From: an uncultured Planctomycetaceae bacterium
GTDB lineage: Bacteria; Planctomycetota; Planctomycetia; Pirellulales; Thermoguttaceae
Length of the DNA: 64,000 bases
Assembly: GCA_964447865.1 (NCBI GenBank)
Contig: CAYUUL010000006.1
Location: 950-64,949 of the forward strand
Direction of reading: 5' to 3'
Positions 31,057 through 41,194 of this stretch are shown here, one piece after another. The number at the start of each line of letters is the position of its first letter. The first letter of the stretch is position 1. The notes under the pieces were generated by a model, which had not been told where the DNA came from, searched no databases, and worked only from the letters and a program-made list of their open reading frames with translations. A program made the translations under genes and the position numbers.

Positions 31057-31902
31057 ATGGTTAAGAAAATGGAAGTTTCGTGTATTAAACCTATCCAAGT
31101 CAAAAGTATCGTTACCAAAACCAATCTTCCAATCTGCGATTACTCGGTCAACCCTTATATTGGTTGTATGCACGCCTGTAAATACTGTTCCGCCTCTTTT
31201 ATGAAGCGATTTACCGGACACACAGAACCGTGGGGGACATTTTTGGATGTAAAATACTGGGATCCACTCAGAATCCCCGGAAAATACCTTGGTAAAGAGT
31301 TATTCATATGATCGGTCACAGACCCATATAATCCACAAGAAGCGATGTATAAACGAACAAGAATCTTTTTGGAACAGCTACAAGGTAGTGGCGCAAAAAT
31401 TAGTATTCAAACGAAATCTGATCTTGTGCTCCGTGAATTAGAATTAATTAGAACATTTCCAAACGCCAGAGTTGGCTTCAGTATCAAACCCCTTGATGAA
31501 AGATTCAAAAATGATATGGATCAGGCGGTTAGCATTGAACGCCGTCTTACAGCAATGGAATTATTCCACAACGCAGGGGTACGGACGACATGTTTTATCT
31601 AACCGATTTTTCTCGGCGTCACCGACGTAAAGGCAATCATTGACCGCGTAAAAACACAATGTAATTTGATCTGGTTGGAAAATCTGAACCTGCGCGGCGA
31701 CTATAAAAACATTATCATTAACTACATTGGCGCAAAGTATCCTCAGTTCATGCCGTTGTATGAAGAGATTTATCTCTATGGAAACTGTACTTATTGGGAG
31801 ATGCTGGATAGTCAGCTGAATTCATTTATACAAAAAAATGGGCTTCACTATGTACGTAATGACGACAGTTTCAACACTCATTTGTCGCGCCGCCCACCGT
31901 AG
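31057..31902 (+). pseudogene. radical-SAM DNA-repair (SplB/COG1533-like) gene interrupted by two in-frame nonsense codons
   Basis: Three ORFs (31009-31311, 31345-31602, 31666-31902) share one frame. CxxxCxxC motif: NPYIGCMHACKYC. The sequence continues through TGA (31309-31311) as ..LFI*SVTDPYNPQE.. and through TAA (31600-31602) as ..TTCFI*PIFLGVTD.. without any frameshift. Confidence 0.75.
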
Positions 31903-31955
31903 TCAAATTTTTTTATCACGAAAAATCAAAAAGACTGTCCAAAAGGATAATGGAT

Positions 31956-32792
31956 ATGCCGGAATTACCCGAAGTTGAAACAATCCGTCAGATTATCGAG
32001 CCACAAATCTCCAGCAGTATCATCCAAAAAGTCGAAGTTTTGAACGAACAAATCATCTCTTACCCCGACATAGAACACTTTTGTGAAAATCTCACTAAGA
32101 AACGGTTTATCGGCATGAACAGACGCGGTAAATTTCTAATTTTCCAACACGAAAACCAAGTTAGTCTGTTTCTACACCTGCGTATGACAGGACAGTTGCT
32201 TATAACCCCACGAGAGTATCCTAACGAAAAACATACTCACCTTGTTCTACACCTAAGTAACGGGATGGAGCTACGCTATATTGACGTCCAGAGATTTGGA
32301 CGTTTTTGGCTCATAGGTAAAAACGATTCCTCCAATATCACAGGCGTCAATCTATTGGGACTTGAACCGTTTGATAAACGACTTACGCCCGAGTATCTAA
32401 AAAGTAAGCTCTCCCAAAAGAAAAAATCAATCAAAGAAATGTTACTTGACCAATCTGTTGTCGCTGGGATCGGTAATATTTACTCCGATGAAATTCTCTA
32501 TCTGTGTGAAATTTATCCGGGAACAAAATGTACAGAATTAACCGATAAGGACTGGGAAAATTTAAGTCAGATAATCCCTCAGGAACTTTCTCTTGCAATT
32601 AAGGAAAATCAAATGTCAGCGGAAGAATATCTTACAGGTAAGGGAAAGAAATACCGAAACATGCAATTTTTGAAGGCATACGGTCATGAAGGTACACCAT
32701 GCCCCGTCTGCGGTAGTATCTTTAAAAAAATCCTCATTGGCGGAAGAAGTAGTTGCTATTGTCCAAGTCGTCAGAAGCATAGGAACATTTGA
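31956..32792 (+). CDS. mutM: formamidopyrimidine-DNA glycosylase
   Basis: MPELPEVETIRQ at the N-terminus (catalytic Pro2 if translation starts at the ATG at 31956). C-terminal zinc finger CPVCGS...CYCPSRQ. Confidence 0.9.
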   Translation: MPELPEVETIRQIIEPQISSSIIQKVEVLNEQIISYPDIEHFCENLTKKRFIGMNRRGKFLIFQHENQVSLFLHLRMTGQLLITPREYPNEKHTHLVLHLSNGMELRYIDVQRFGRFWLIGKNDSSNITGVNLLGLEPFDKRLTPEYLKSKLSQKKKSIKEMLLDQSVVAGIGNIYSDEILYLCEIYPGTKCTELTDKDWENLSQIIPQELSLAIKENQMSAEEYLTGKGKKYRNMQFLKAYGHEGTPCPVCGSIFKKILIGGRSSCYCPSRQKHRNI

Positions 32793-33316
32793 AAGCGGTT
32801 CGATAATATCGTGGATAATATTCAACCTAACATGAATGTGAACGTTCTCACATTCTTACTTTAGGTAGTCAGTTTTACATTTTCATTCTAAACTACAATC
32901 GTACATACATACTGTTACGTCTACGAGAATGAACATTTCCGAGAATAAAAATTACATTTTCATTCCACGATTACACTGTGAAGAAAATTAAAAGTACAAA
33001 AACGCCAATTTGAAAAAGGTTGATTCTCTAGCAAAAACGTAACATAAGAACCTGAAAGAACGGCGTTTATACGTTACAGCAATTTGTCGTAAGACAATCT
33101 GCATAAAATGAGATAATCAACTTGAAATATTGACCAAAACTCCGTATTTCGAACGTCCTCACAAGCTCTGTTTCATCAAAAAGACCTAAGTAAAGGAACG
33201 ACAAGACCAAAATCATGCCGTTCCCACAAAAATATAAACTATTCTCTAACGCTTATCTGTAAATACGAGGAGCTTTTCAAGATTATTTCCCTTCATAACC
33301 TCGTGACTATACAAAA

Positions 33317-35860
33317 TTACTTCCTATCAACAGTGATAATATTTGTACCGCACCTCAATTCAATCCAACGCTCTGGCACGACATTTTTGGTAATTTCGTC
33401 AACCTTTACATTTTCAGGCAAAGCGCATACATGTTCGACAGGACTAAAACCTTCTGGCACACAAAACCAAGCTCTTGTCCCTTCCGGCACAATAATTTTG
33501 GCGTCAAAAGTTTTATCAGTAACGTTGTAGTTTACTTCAATATTACCATACTTTGTTTGACATGCATAACTTACATTTTTAATACACCCAAGTTCTGGAG
33601 CAATGATAAATTCTTCAAAGGCAGGTTTAATCGGTCGAATACCAATTGCATACTGAGCCAAGCAAGTCAACCCACCACCACTCCAAGCGTGATTGGTAGT
33701 TCCTCCGCCATACCCTTCGGCGCCAATTCCCCATCCTTCCCACAACGTAGAGTAGTCCGGACAATCAACCATTTTGGTAAATCTTTTTTTGAGGCGGTAG
33801 AGCGCATAATCGGCATACCCCATAGTAAAGAGGGCTTGTAACACGTATTTTTCCATATATGGGCTAGCATGTTCCTCTTTTTTGAAAACATCAAGCATTT
33901 TAGTGAAATTTTCTTGGGCAACAAATCCAGCGATTACAGCCATTGCGTTTGTTCGGTCGTCGGTCGCTCCATTATATCCAGGGGAACGATATTCTTTTCC
34001 AGTCCAAAAGACCCGGTTAAAATTCATCGTAAGTTTATTGCGACGAGATTGCAACTCCTTTAGGCCATTTACGTCGCCAACTCGTTTAGCCAAATCAATT
34101 CCTTCATCGAGAGCGAGAGCATACCAACAGTTAAGTAACGCGCGAAGATCAATATCTTCCCCCCAATCACCCCAGCTCCAATCGCCGTTTCTGACCTCGA
34201 TTACCCCCTCAGAATCGAAATTCCAAATGAGAAGATAACGTTTAATCGCAGGGTAAATATCCTCGGCAGTTTGAAAATCTCCCGAGAAGAACGAATATGT
34301 TCCTAGACCGCAAACGCCAACAGTAGCTAAAATTTGAGCAGGCAACTCTTTCGACCAATTTCCATCGGGAATTGGCGAATACATCGTACCATCAGCACGT
34401 TGGAATCTCGCAAGTTCATAGAACGCTTTCCGAGGTATAGCGTCGGCATGGCGATCTAACGCGTAGAAAGCTTCCCCAAGTTCGTTAACAGCGTCTCCCC
34501 ACCAGTGTGAACGTTCACGATCAGGACAGTCGAAATAAGAATCGCGCATCGTAACATATAAGGTTCGTTCCGCCTTTTTCCAGAAGCGATTATAAAAATC
34601 TACATCGCATCCAAAATGAGAGACGAAATTAGTATCGTAGCCAGTTTCACGATAAGTCAAATTAATTGGTTTAACGCCTTTCGGTAACGTATAGATCATC
34701 TTGTGACCATTCATCCAGCCAAGCGACTCATATTCTTGAACACCTTCTTTCGTAACATACTCTGCACGAACATTATACTCGCTTCCCCCCATATAATCAT
34801 CCGTTCGCATATCAATTGTAAGTCCGGCGGGAGCGTCTACTTTTAGACATGGCGTAGCGTGCAAATTATAGGGTAGTTGACACGTAACTTTCAAACCGCC
34901 GTCTGGCAGTTGTTCTTCGGTGAGAGATACATATTCTCTAACTCCCCAATCTTTAAAAAGAGGCGACGGACGTTCAAAAAGATAATTCCAAGGAGCAAGA
35001 GGTTTCTTCGTCTTTGAATCGTAGGCAAGTCCAAATTCTCTCGCGTCTTTCCAATTAGCGTCGTCAAAATCTACGGCTTTCCAATCGCCATTGTAATCAT
35101 ATTGGGCATTAAAACGCACATTCCACTCACCCAATCGTCGGTTAGGTTGAGGATCAGCGGTAATCATTTCATAAGCGCCGTTCGTATTTTCACGCCAATT
35201 GGGCGCAACATTGGAAACATCAAAAGAGGTTGTCATTTCCTTTGAACCGCGTTCTACAATATTGGGAGCGATAATTCCTTTTGGAATCGCGGAATAAATC
35301 GAAGCCTTCCAAGTAGAATCACTAAGAAGAAAGAGTCCGTTAGCCCCATTTGTAGAGGCGTCGAATAAAAACCCGGGAACCCCGCTATTCACGTGGGAAA
35401 ACCCCTGTTTTCCAAAGAACCAAGTCAAAACCGCGAAGGTATTTTTCCCCTCTTTCAAGAACGGTTTCAAATCGACAACGTCATAATAAGTATCAAACGG
35501 AGTCGGGCCGCGTTTCAATCCACCCTCAAACACCACATTTTCCCCGTTAACATAAAGCCAGTATTTACTGTCAGTCGCAATACGCGCAATCGCTTTTTCA
35601 GGAACAGCAGACAGTTCAATAGTCTTACGGTACGTTTGCCAAAGGTTTGGTAGGAACGGTTCCGGAAGATCAGCGGCAGCAATCCATTTCGCCTGAAAAT
35701 CGAGAGTAGGGGCAAAATTTTCCCCAATGGGAAATTGTCCTTGCCGTTTAAGTTGCAACGGCTTGCTAACATCATATTTCGCGCTATTATCCTCAGATAA
35801 GCAGATTGCAGGGAGTAACGCAATCACCGTAATCATTAGTGTTATCGTTTTTAAATTCAT
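33317..35860 (-). CDS. secreted GH78-like (alpha-L-rhamnosidase family) glycoside hydrolase
   Basis: Start at CAT 35858-35860 follows AAGGA. Signal MNLKTITLMITVIALLPAICLS. The N-terminal beta-sandwich (AKWIAAAD...SKYWLYVNGENV) and the (alpha/alpha)6 motif YFDCPDRERSHWWGDA resemble rhamnosidase-type enzymes. Confidence 0.6.
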   Translation of the reverse strand: MNLKTITLMITVIALLPAICLSEDNSAKYDVSKPLQLKRQGQFPIGENFAPTLDFQAKWIAAADLPEPFLPNLWQTYRKTIELSAVPEKAIARIATDSKYWLYVNGENVVFEGGLKRGPTPFDTYYDVVDLKPFLKEGKNTFAVLTWFFGKQGFSHVNSGVPGFLFDASTNGANGLFLLSDSTWKASIYSAIPKGIIAPNIVERGSKEMTTSFDVSNVAPNWRENTNGAYEMITADPQPNRRLGEWNVRFNAQYDYNGDWKAVDFDDANWKDAREFGLAYDSKTKKPLAPWNYLFERPSPLFKDWGVREYVSLTEEQLPDGGLKVTCQLPYNLHATPCLKVDAPAGLTIDMRTDDYMGGSEYNVRAEYVTKEGVQEYESLGWMNGHKMIYTLPKGVKPINLTYRETGYDTNFVSHFGCDVDFYNRFWKKAERTLYVTMRDSYFDCPDRERSHWWGDAVNELGEAFYALDRHADAIPRKAFYELARFQRADGTMYSPIPDGNWSKELPAQILATVGVCGLGTYSFFSGDFQTAEDIYPAIKRYLLIWNFDSEGVIEVRNGDWSWGDWGEDIDLRALLNCWYALALDEGIDLAKRVGDVNGLKELQSRRNKLTMNFNRVFWTGKEYRSPGYNGATDDRTNAMAVIAGFVAQENFTKMLDVFKKEEHASPYMEKYVLQALFTMGYADYALYRLKKRFTKMVDCPDYSTLWEGWGIGAEGYGGGTTNHAWSGGGLTCLAQYAIGIRPIKPAFEEFIIAPELGCIKNVSYACQTKYGNIEVNYNVTDKTFDAKIIVPEGTRAWFCVPEGFSPVEHVCALPENVKVDEITKNVVPERWIELRCGTNIITVDRK

Positions 35861-36004
35861 GGAATATCCTTGTCGAGAGAAACTCGTGCGCCGAAGCGCA
35901 AAATACACAATCACAACTGACTGCAAGAAAGTACTTTAAAAAAGGGCGTCATTTCCCGCTCAAGAAACGAGCGCCGCCCTGAAAGCAGAAACACTCTTAA
36001 ACGA

Positions 36005-37801
36005 TCACCCCAATCTTCCTCGTTTAGAAAACTCCTGAATCTCAGACTGCATAGGGGATTCTGTAAGCACCGGCAAATCTAATTCCCAAGGTAAAAGTAC
36101 GGTAAACACACTTCCAAACCCTGGTTGACTTTCAAGCGAAATCTCACCTTCTAAAAGTTTACATAACTCTTTAACAATCGACAATCCTAAACCACTCCCA
36201 GAATACTCACGCGTTATTGTATTCCCTTCAGTAGCGCTTTTCCCTTGTCGAAATTTTTCAAAGATTATTTGGCGATCTTCTTCCGCGACGCCAACCCCCG
36301 AATCAATAACTTTCAATTCAAGAAAGGGTATTGGAACAGAGTTCATAATAGAACCTGTCAAGACTCGAGGATAAAATGGTTCATGCATAACTCGTTCTAC
36401 GACAACTTGTATTCTTCCTCCTTCCGGCGTAAATTTTATTGCATTCGAAAGGAGATTATTGACAATTTGTTGGATTCTTGCCTCGTCCTGTTTCATTAAA
36501 GGCATATCCTTAGCAAAAGACGTAGTTAGGTCGAGATTTTTTTTGTCAACAAGGGGCTTCGCCATATCACACTGAGCTTGTACCGCAGCTTCAATTCGAA
36601 AACTCGCGGGATTAGGTTCAACCTTACCGGCGTCCATTTTTGCTAGATCAAGAATATTATTTATCATAGCAAGTAGCGCCTGTCCCGATTTATTGATATT
36701 GGCAACGTATCGACGTTGTTTGTCGTCGAGCGTACTAATCGACCCCAGGACGTCGCTGAAACCAAGAATACTATTAAGCGGAGTACGTAGCTCGTGACTC
36801 ATCGTCGACATAAAGTCAGATTTTACACGATTCGATTCAAAGAGTTGTAGGTTTGCATGAGCAAGTTCATCAACTTTACGTTCCAGTTCGCTATTGAGCG
36901 TTCTTAGTTTTTCTTGCGTAGCCACCAGGTACTTGAGCATCTTATTAAAAGCATCGCCGAGCGCCTCAAATTCATCGGCAGTTTGAAGATTGGCGCGTTT
37001 TGAGACGTCGCCGCGTCCAATCGCTTCACTTACGTCGCGCAAACTCCGCAACGGTTTGACAACTACAAGACGTATAACGACACAAAACGCGATCATGCCA
37101 AGAAAGGCGGTAACAATCGCGCCTGCGAGTAGTTGAGTCCACAACTTAGCGCTTTCTTTTTTTGCGGGCGGTTCAGGAATAGTCACCTGTACAACGCCTA
37201 AGACGTCGCCAAACTCGAGCGATGAATCCCCCATAATTTCGCGGTGACAATTCCAGCATGATCTCCCAAGTCGAAGCGGCTGATAATAGTGATAACGACC
37301 GTTTTCATCAATACGTTCAACCGCAACATTTTGCGCGTCGTCAGAATCAGGGTCGAAACCAACCGGCTCTTCCAATTGTTCAAAAAGTTTTTGTTCAAAG
37401 TCGTCTCGAGGTTTGTCGTCTTCATTTTCCCTTCGCGCGTTATATGCGCGAATAAGCCTCGTTTCAATTCTAGAGCGTTCGTCGGCAGAACCGCCGATTT
37501 GTTCGCTTAGAGTTGTCATACTATCAATAAAGTCATTTAGATCGCTAGAAATAGAACTTGTTCTAGCCGCATTTCGCGCCTGCTCGGACGCTAACCCTTT
37601 AATATGAACAAGGAGAAATTCACGTTCACTAACAAGTTTTCCCATTAAGGGATTGCGGGCTTCCACTTGACTTTTCGTCGCTTTATAAAATAGGGCGACG
37701 CTAATTAAAATGACAATTGCCAACGCAACCCCGAACGAGACAAGACACTTGATCTCTAGACTCGACTTAATAAACGATTTACCGGGACGCTTGAACTCCA
37801 T
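36005..37801 (-). CDS. sensor histidine kinase with CxxCH motif in the periplasmic domain, HAMP, HisKA and HATPase domains
   Basis: TM1 at ~res 20-40, TM2 at ~res 225-245. CWNCH at residues 182-186 (nt 37244-37258). H-box FMSTMSHELRTPLNSILGF. G-boxes DSGVGV and GSGLGLSIV. No response regulator is adjacent. Confidence 0.85.
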   Translation of the reverse strand: MEFKRPGKSFIKSSLEIKCLVSFGVALAIVILISVALFYKATKSQVEARNPLMGKLVSEREFLLVHIKGLASEQARNAARTSSISSDLNDFIDSMTTLSEQIGGSADERSRIETRLIRAYNARRENEDDKPRDDFEQKLFEQLEEPVGFDPDSDDAQNVAVERIDENGRYHYYQPLRLGRSCWNCHREIMGDSSLEFGDVLGVVQVTIPEPPAKKESAKLWTQLLAGAIVTAFLGMIAFCVVIRLVVVKPLRSLRDVSEAIGRGDVSKRANLQTADEFEALGDAFNKMLKYLVATQEKLRTLNSELERKVDELAHANLQLFESNRVKSDFMSTMSHELRTPLNSILGFSDVLGSISTLDDKQRRYVANINKSGQALLAMINNILDLAKMDAGKVEPNPASFRIEAAVQAQCDMAKPLVDKKNLDLTTSFAKDMPLMKQDEARIQQIVNNLLSNAIKFTPEGGRIQVVVERVMHEPFYPRVLTGSIMNSVPIPFLELKVIDSGVGVAEEDRQIIFEKFRQGKSATEGNTITREYSGSGLGLSIVKELCKLLEGEISLESQPGFGSVFTVLLPWELDLPVLTESPMQSEIQEFSKRGRLG

Positions 37802-38060
37802 ATTTTCCGCCTTAAATTTAAAACACTTAGCTTGAATTATTCTAGAAAAGAAGGTCTTTCACGTCAAGGGCGCGACGAAAATACTGTGGGCGTTCCCTCT
37901 GTCTCATCCATTGGAAAGCGGAAAAAAATAAAAATTGACGTTTCTTTGAATTGTGTTACCTGCTATAATTCCCCGGCTGAAAGCAAGTCTGGTTACTTTT
38001 AAATCATTCGTTTTGTATTCAGCGCATAAACGTTCAATTTAAGCGACAGTCGAGCAATTC

Positions 38061-38810
38061 ATGACTCAAACGATAAGTATAGCCAATCAAAAGGGAGGCG
38101 TTGGCAAAACAACGACAACGATTTCCCTTGCGTCTTGTATTTCTCGTTCGGGTTCGTGTGTTCTCTTGGTTGACCTTGATCCGCAGTGTAACGCCACGAG
38201 CGGCTTGGGCTTCGACCCGTCTCCACGACATCCATTCGCATTTCCAGGCGACTCATTACATGCGACAATACGTCATTATTCAGAGACGCTTGACGTATTG
38301 CCAGGTTGCCGTAGTTTCGCGGATGTGGAACGTCTTGCCGGCGTTCAAGATCCTTGTTATTTCGAAAAAATAGCGAGAATGCTCTCACGCGAGACGCAAG
38401 GATACGATTACGTACTTATCGACTGTCCTCCATCGCTTGGACCTTTGACACAAGCCGCGCTTGCCTGGTCAAATGAAGTTCTAACGCCAATCCAATGCGA
38501 ATATTTTGCAATGGAAGGTCTTGTTCAGATGATCGAACTGATCGGTCAAGCAATAAAGCGTAAAGAACGAGCTCTTGAGTATGGAGGCGTCGTGCTTACG
38601 ATGTGCGATCCAACGCTCGAATTGACGCATGAAGTAGAAAATGAAGTACGAGAATTTTTTGGGGACGTTGTTTTTGAAACAACGATTCCTCGCGACGTAG
38701 CGCTTGCCGAGGCGCCCAGTCATGGCAAGTCAATTCTCGATTACGCTCCACGATCACGAGGAGCGCGGGCTTACATCGAATTATGTTTGGAGGTATTGGA
38801 TCGTGTCTAA
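38061..38810 (+). CDS. parA: ParA/Soj chromosome-partitioning ATPase
   Basis: Deviant Walker A IANQKGGVGKTTT. Length 249 aa. Directly followed by parB. Confidence 0.9.
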   Translation: MTQTISIANQKGGVGKTTTTISLASCISRSGSCVLLVDLDPQCNATSGLGFDPSPRHPFAFPGDSLHATIRHYSETLDVLPGCRSFADVERLAGVQDPCYFEKIARMLSRETQGYDYVLIDCPPSLGPLTQAALAWSNEVLTPIQCEYFAMEGLVQMIELIGQAIKRKERALEYGGVVLTMCDPTLELTHEVENEVREFFGDVVFETTIPRDVALAEAPSHGKSILDYAPRSRGARAYIELCLEVLDRV

Positions 38811-39879
38811 AGATAATCGAAGATTGGGTCGCGGATTAGAAGCGTTACTCGGTAAAGTCGCCGCCGCACAGCCGAGCGAAATCACCGCAGTGGAAACGCT
38901 TGAGGCTTCGCCAATCGTCCCTCAATCGCCAGCTCGCGCACCTTACCCAACAATCGTCCCGTTTTCCTCAGATACAGAGACAGAAGAATCAACGGCGTCA
39001 AGCGTCAAGACCACCCCTCGCCAATCCGTAGCAGTACAGATTGAAGAAGAAAAAGACCGAGCGCTTGCGAAATTCTCTAATGGACAAGTAGCGCGAGAAA
39101 TAGAAATCGCCCTCGTTGATCGCAATCCTTTCCAACCGCGTCTCGACTTCAACGAATCAGAACTCTCGGAACTTAAAGAAAGCCTTGCCGCGCACGGTCT
39201 TATTCAACCGATAGTCGTTCGTCAAAACGGCGAGCGTTACGAAATAATAGCGGGCGAACGACGTTTTCGCGCGGCCAAGGAGTGCGGGTGGACAACAATC
39301 CCGGCGATAGTATTCATCGTCGGCGACCGTGAAATGTCAGAGCTTGCGCTCACTGAAAATATGCAGCGCACGGATTTAAATCCGATTGAAAAAGCGCTTG
39401 CGTTTCGTAATTATCTTGACTCTTATGGAGGCACGCACGAAGAACTTGCCAAACGCTTGACACTCGATCGTTCCACGGTTAGTAATCTCATGCGTTTACT
39501 TGATCTTCAAGACGACGTACAACAAATGACGCGTCAAGGCGCCATAAGCATGGGGCACGCGCGCGCACTTCTTCCTCTTGACGAAGAAAATCAATTCGAA
39601 TTAGCTCAACGTATTGTTGCGGAACAGTTAAATGTTCGCCAGACAGAATCAATCGTTAAATCTTTTTTGAACGGCGACAACGCAAGACGTCCCAAAGGTA
39701 AAACCATCAAAGAAGTTAGTCCTCGGGTGCAAGAGTTGGAACAACAATTTCGCGCATGGCTTGGTATGAAGGTAAAATTAACTTCAAATGAGAAAGGGAA
39801 AGGGAAACTTGTCGTTTCATTTAACTCAAACGACGAGTTTGAACGCGTATATCAGGCATTAAAACCTCGTAATTTCTAG
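38803..39879 (+). CDS. parB: ParB/Spo0J partition protein
   Basis: The GTG at 38803 overlaps the parA stop by 8 nt. N-terminus VSKDNRRLGRGLEALLG, ParB box GLIQPIVVR..YEIIAGERRFRAA, and HTH LAKRLTLDRSTVSNLMRLL. Confidence 0.88.
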   Translation: MSKDNRRLGRGLEALLGKVAAAQPSEITAVETLEASPIVPQSPARAPYPTIVPFSSDTETEESTASSVKTTPRQSVAVQIEEEKDRALAKFSNGQVAREIEIALVDRNPFQPRLDFNESELSELKESLAAHGLIQPIVVRQNGERYEIIAGERRFRAAKECGWTTIPAIVFIVGDREMSELALTENMQRTDLNPIEKALAFRNYLDSYGGTHEELAKRLTLDRSTVSNLMRLLDLQDDVQQMTRQGAISMGHARALLPLDEENQFELAQRIVAEQLNVRQTESIVKSFLNGDNARRPKGKTIKEVSPRVQELEQQFRAWLGMKVKLTSNEKGKGKLVVSFNSNDEFERVYQALKPRNF

Positions 39880-39941
39880 GGCAAGTATCAAAAAAGCTTA
39901 ATGTACGACAGAGACAAAATCGGATCAAGACAATAAAATAA

Positions 39942-39989
39942 AGGACAGATGAAAAAGGTACTCATATTTTCCATCTGTCCTTCGTTTTA
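39942..39989. terminator. long hairpin terminator between the convergent parB and ABC ATPase genes
   Basis: aggacagatgaaaa..ttttccatctgtcct (about 14 bp with one bulge), followed by tcgtttta. Confidence 0.6.
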
Positions 39990-40057
39990 TTACAACAACG
40001 CTGGTATTATGAACCGCGCCATCATAGCTAATAAATTTTTATCACAGCGGAAATCAC

Positions 40058-41194
40058 CTACTTTTTTCTAACAGGCAAAACGAATTCTAGCGAAACAGAC
40101 TCGTCGTCTACAACACTAAATTCTTCTTCAATGAAATTAGTTTCAATGATGTTTCTGCAAAAAACCGACTGTAGATCTTCGGCAGAGTTCAAATCTTTCG
40201 CCAGGAGCGGATTATCCGATTCTTTACCGGGATAAACAAAACGTAACTCAACATCCTTATTTTCAGTAATTCCTAACGAGAAAGAAAGATGGTCAACACG
40301 CAAGAAGAAATAGTTGTCGAACAATTCCTCAATAAGTTCGATAAGTAACTTACGACGCTCTTGCTCAACGAGATGCTTCATAGCAAACTCATCAATTTTG
40401 GAATCAAAACCAAAGTAATCGAAATCCTTATCCAAATCGTAATTAACAGTGTCAACGCGCCGTACGAACGCTCGCGTCCGATCACGTTTTGGTCGTCCAA
40501 AAATCTGTTCTGGCGCGCCTTGCTCATAGACTACGCCTTGATCCATGTAAAAGATTTGGTCAGAAACTTCCTTCGCAAACCTCATCTCATGAGTAACGAT
40601 AACCATCGTCATACCAGATTCGTCAGCCAAACTACGAATAACGCCGAGCACTTCGTTGACCATTGTTGGATCAAGCGCAGAAGTCGGTTCGTCAAACAAC
40701 ATGACTTCCGGGCGCATAGCTAAAGCTCGAGCAATAGCAACACGCTGTTGCTGCCCCCCTGAAAGTTCCCACGGGAACGCCCAAGCTTTGCCGACCAAAC
40801 CAACTTTATCAAGTAAGTCGTAAGCATGCTCTTCCGCTTCCTTTTTGGGTTCCTTGAGTAAGGTTGTCGGAGCGAGCATAATATTCTCAAGAGTCGAGAG
40901 ATGGGGGAAAAGATTGAATTGCTGAAAAACCATCCCCATCTTTCGACGCAAAAGCCGAACATCCATATCTACGGTATTCACACCGTCAAGATAAATTTCA
41001 CCGGAGTCAGGGGTTTCCAGCAAATTTAAACATCGCAAGAAAGTGCTTTTCCCCGTTCCCGACGGACCAACAACAGAGACGATCTCCGCTTGGTGGATCG
41101 TGGCGTCTAACTCCTTCAACACATCAACGCCGTTAAAACTCTTACATAGTTTCTTAACGACAATCATATCCTTTTTTGGGGTTTCAGGACTCAT
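40058..41194 (-). CDS. polar amino-acid ABC transporter ATP-binding protein with ~128-aa unknown C-terminal domain
   Basis: Walker [11 protein letters not shown]-loop, signature [15 protein letters not shown], Walker [12 protein letters not shown]. The canonical ~250 aa are followed by an extra domain, [16 protein letters not shown]...[10 protein letters not shown]. Confidence 0.88.
   Translation of the reverse strand: MSPETPKKDMIVVKKLCKSFNGVDVLKELDATIHQAEIVSVVGPSGTGKSTFLRCLNLLETPDSGEIYLDGVNTVDMDVRLLRRKMGMVFQQFNLFPHLSTLENIMLAPTTLLKEPKKEAEEHAYDLLDKVGLVGKAWAFPWELSGGQQQRVAIARALAMRPEVMLFDEPTSALDPTMVNEVLGVIRSLADESGMTMVIVTHEMRFAKEVSDQIFYMDQGVVYEQGAPEQIFGRPKRDRTRAFVRRVDTVNYDLDKDFDYFGFDSKIDEFAMKHLVEQERRKLLIELIEELFDNYFFLRVDHLSFSLGITENKDVELRFVYPGKESDNPLLAKDLNSAEDLQSVFCRNIIETNFIEEEFSVVDDESVSLEFVLPVRKK

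Noticed and set aside
31309-31311. The in-frame TGA in the radical-SAM gene as selenocysteine or recoding.
   Set aside because: The position aligns with a non-catalytic Gly/Ser-type residue in the family. A second stop in the gene is TAA. I could not identify a SECIS-like hairpin immediately downstream by eye. A nonsense mutation is the simpler explanation.
29600-32830. The AT-rich stretch as a replication origin, given that parAB lies 8 kb away.
   Set aside because: Only degenerate DnaA-box-like strings occur (ttatccaaa at ~29668, cgtggataa at ~32811). There is no cluster of boxes and no dnaA/dnaN nearby. The evidence is insufficient.
37927-37970. TTGACG ... TATAAT as a promoter in the kinase/parA divergent region.
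   Set aside because: The spacer is 23 nt from TTGACG, or 12 nt from the alternative TTGAAT. Neither fits sigma70 geometry.
37802-39879. Search for a parS site (tGTTTCACGTGAAACa) around parAB.
   Set aside because: Only half-site matches turned up by eye, elsewhere in the window (e.g. GTGAAACA at ~7005 and TGTTTCAC at ~63238). I could not confirm a palindromic parS in the window.
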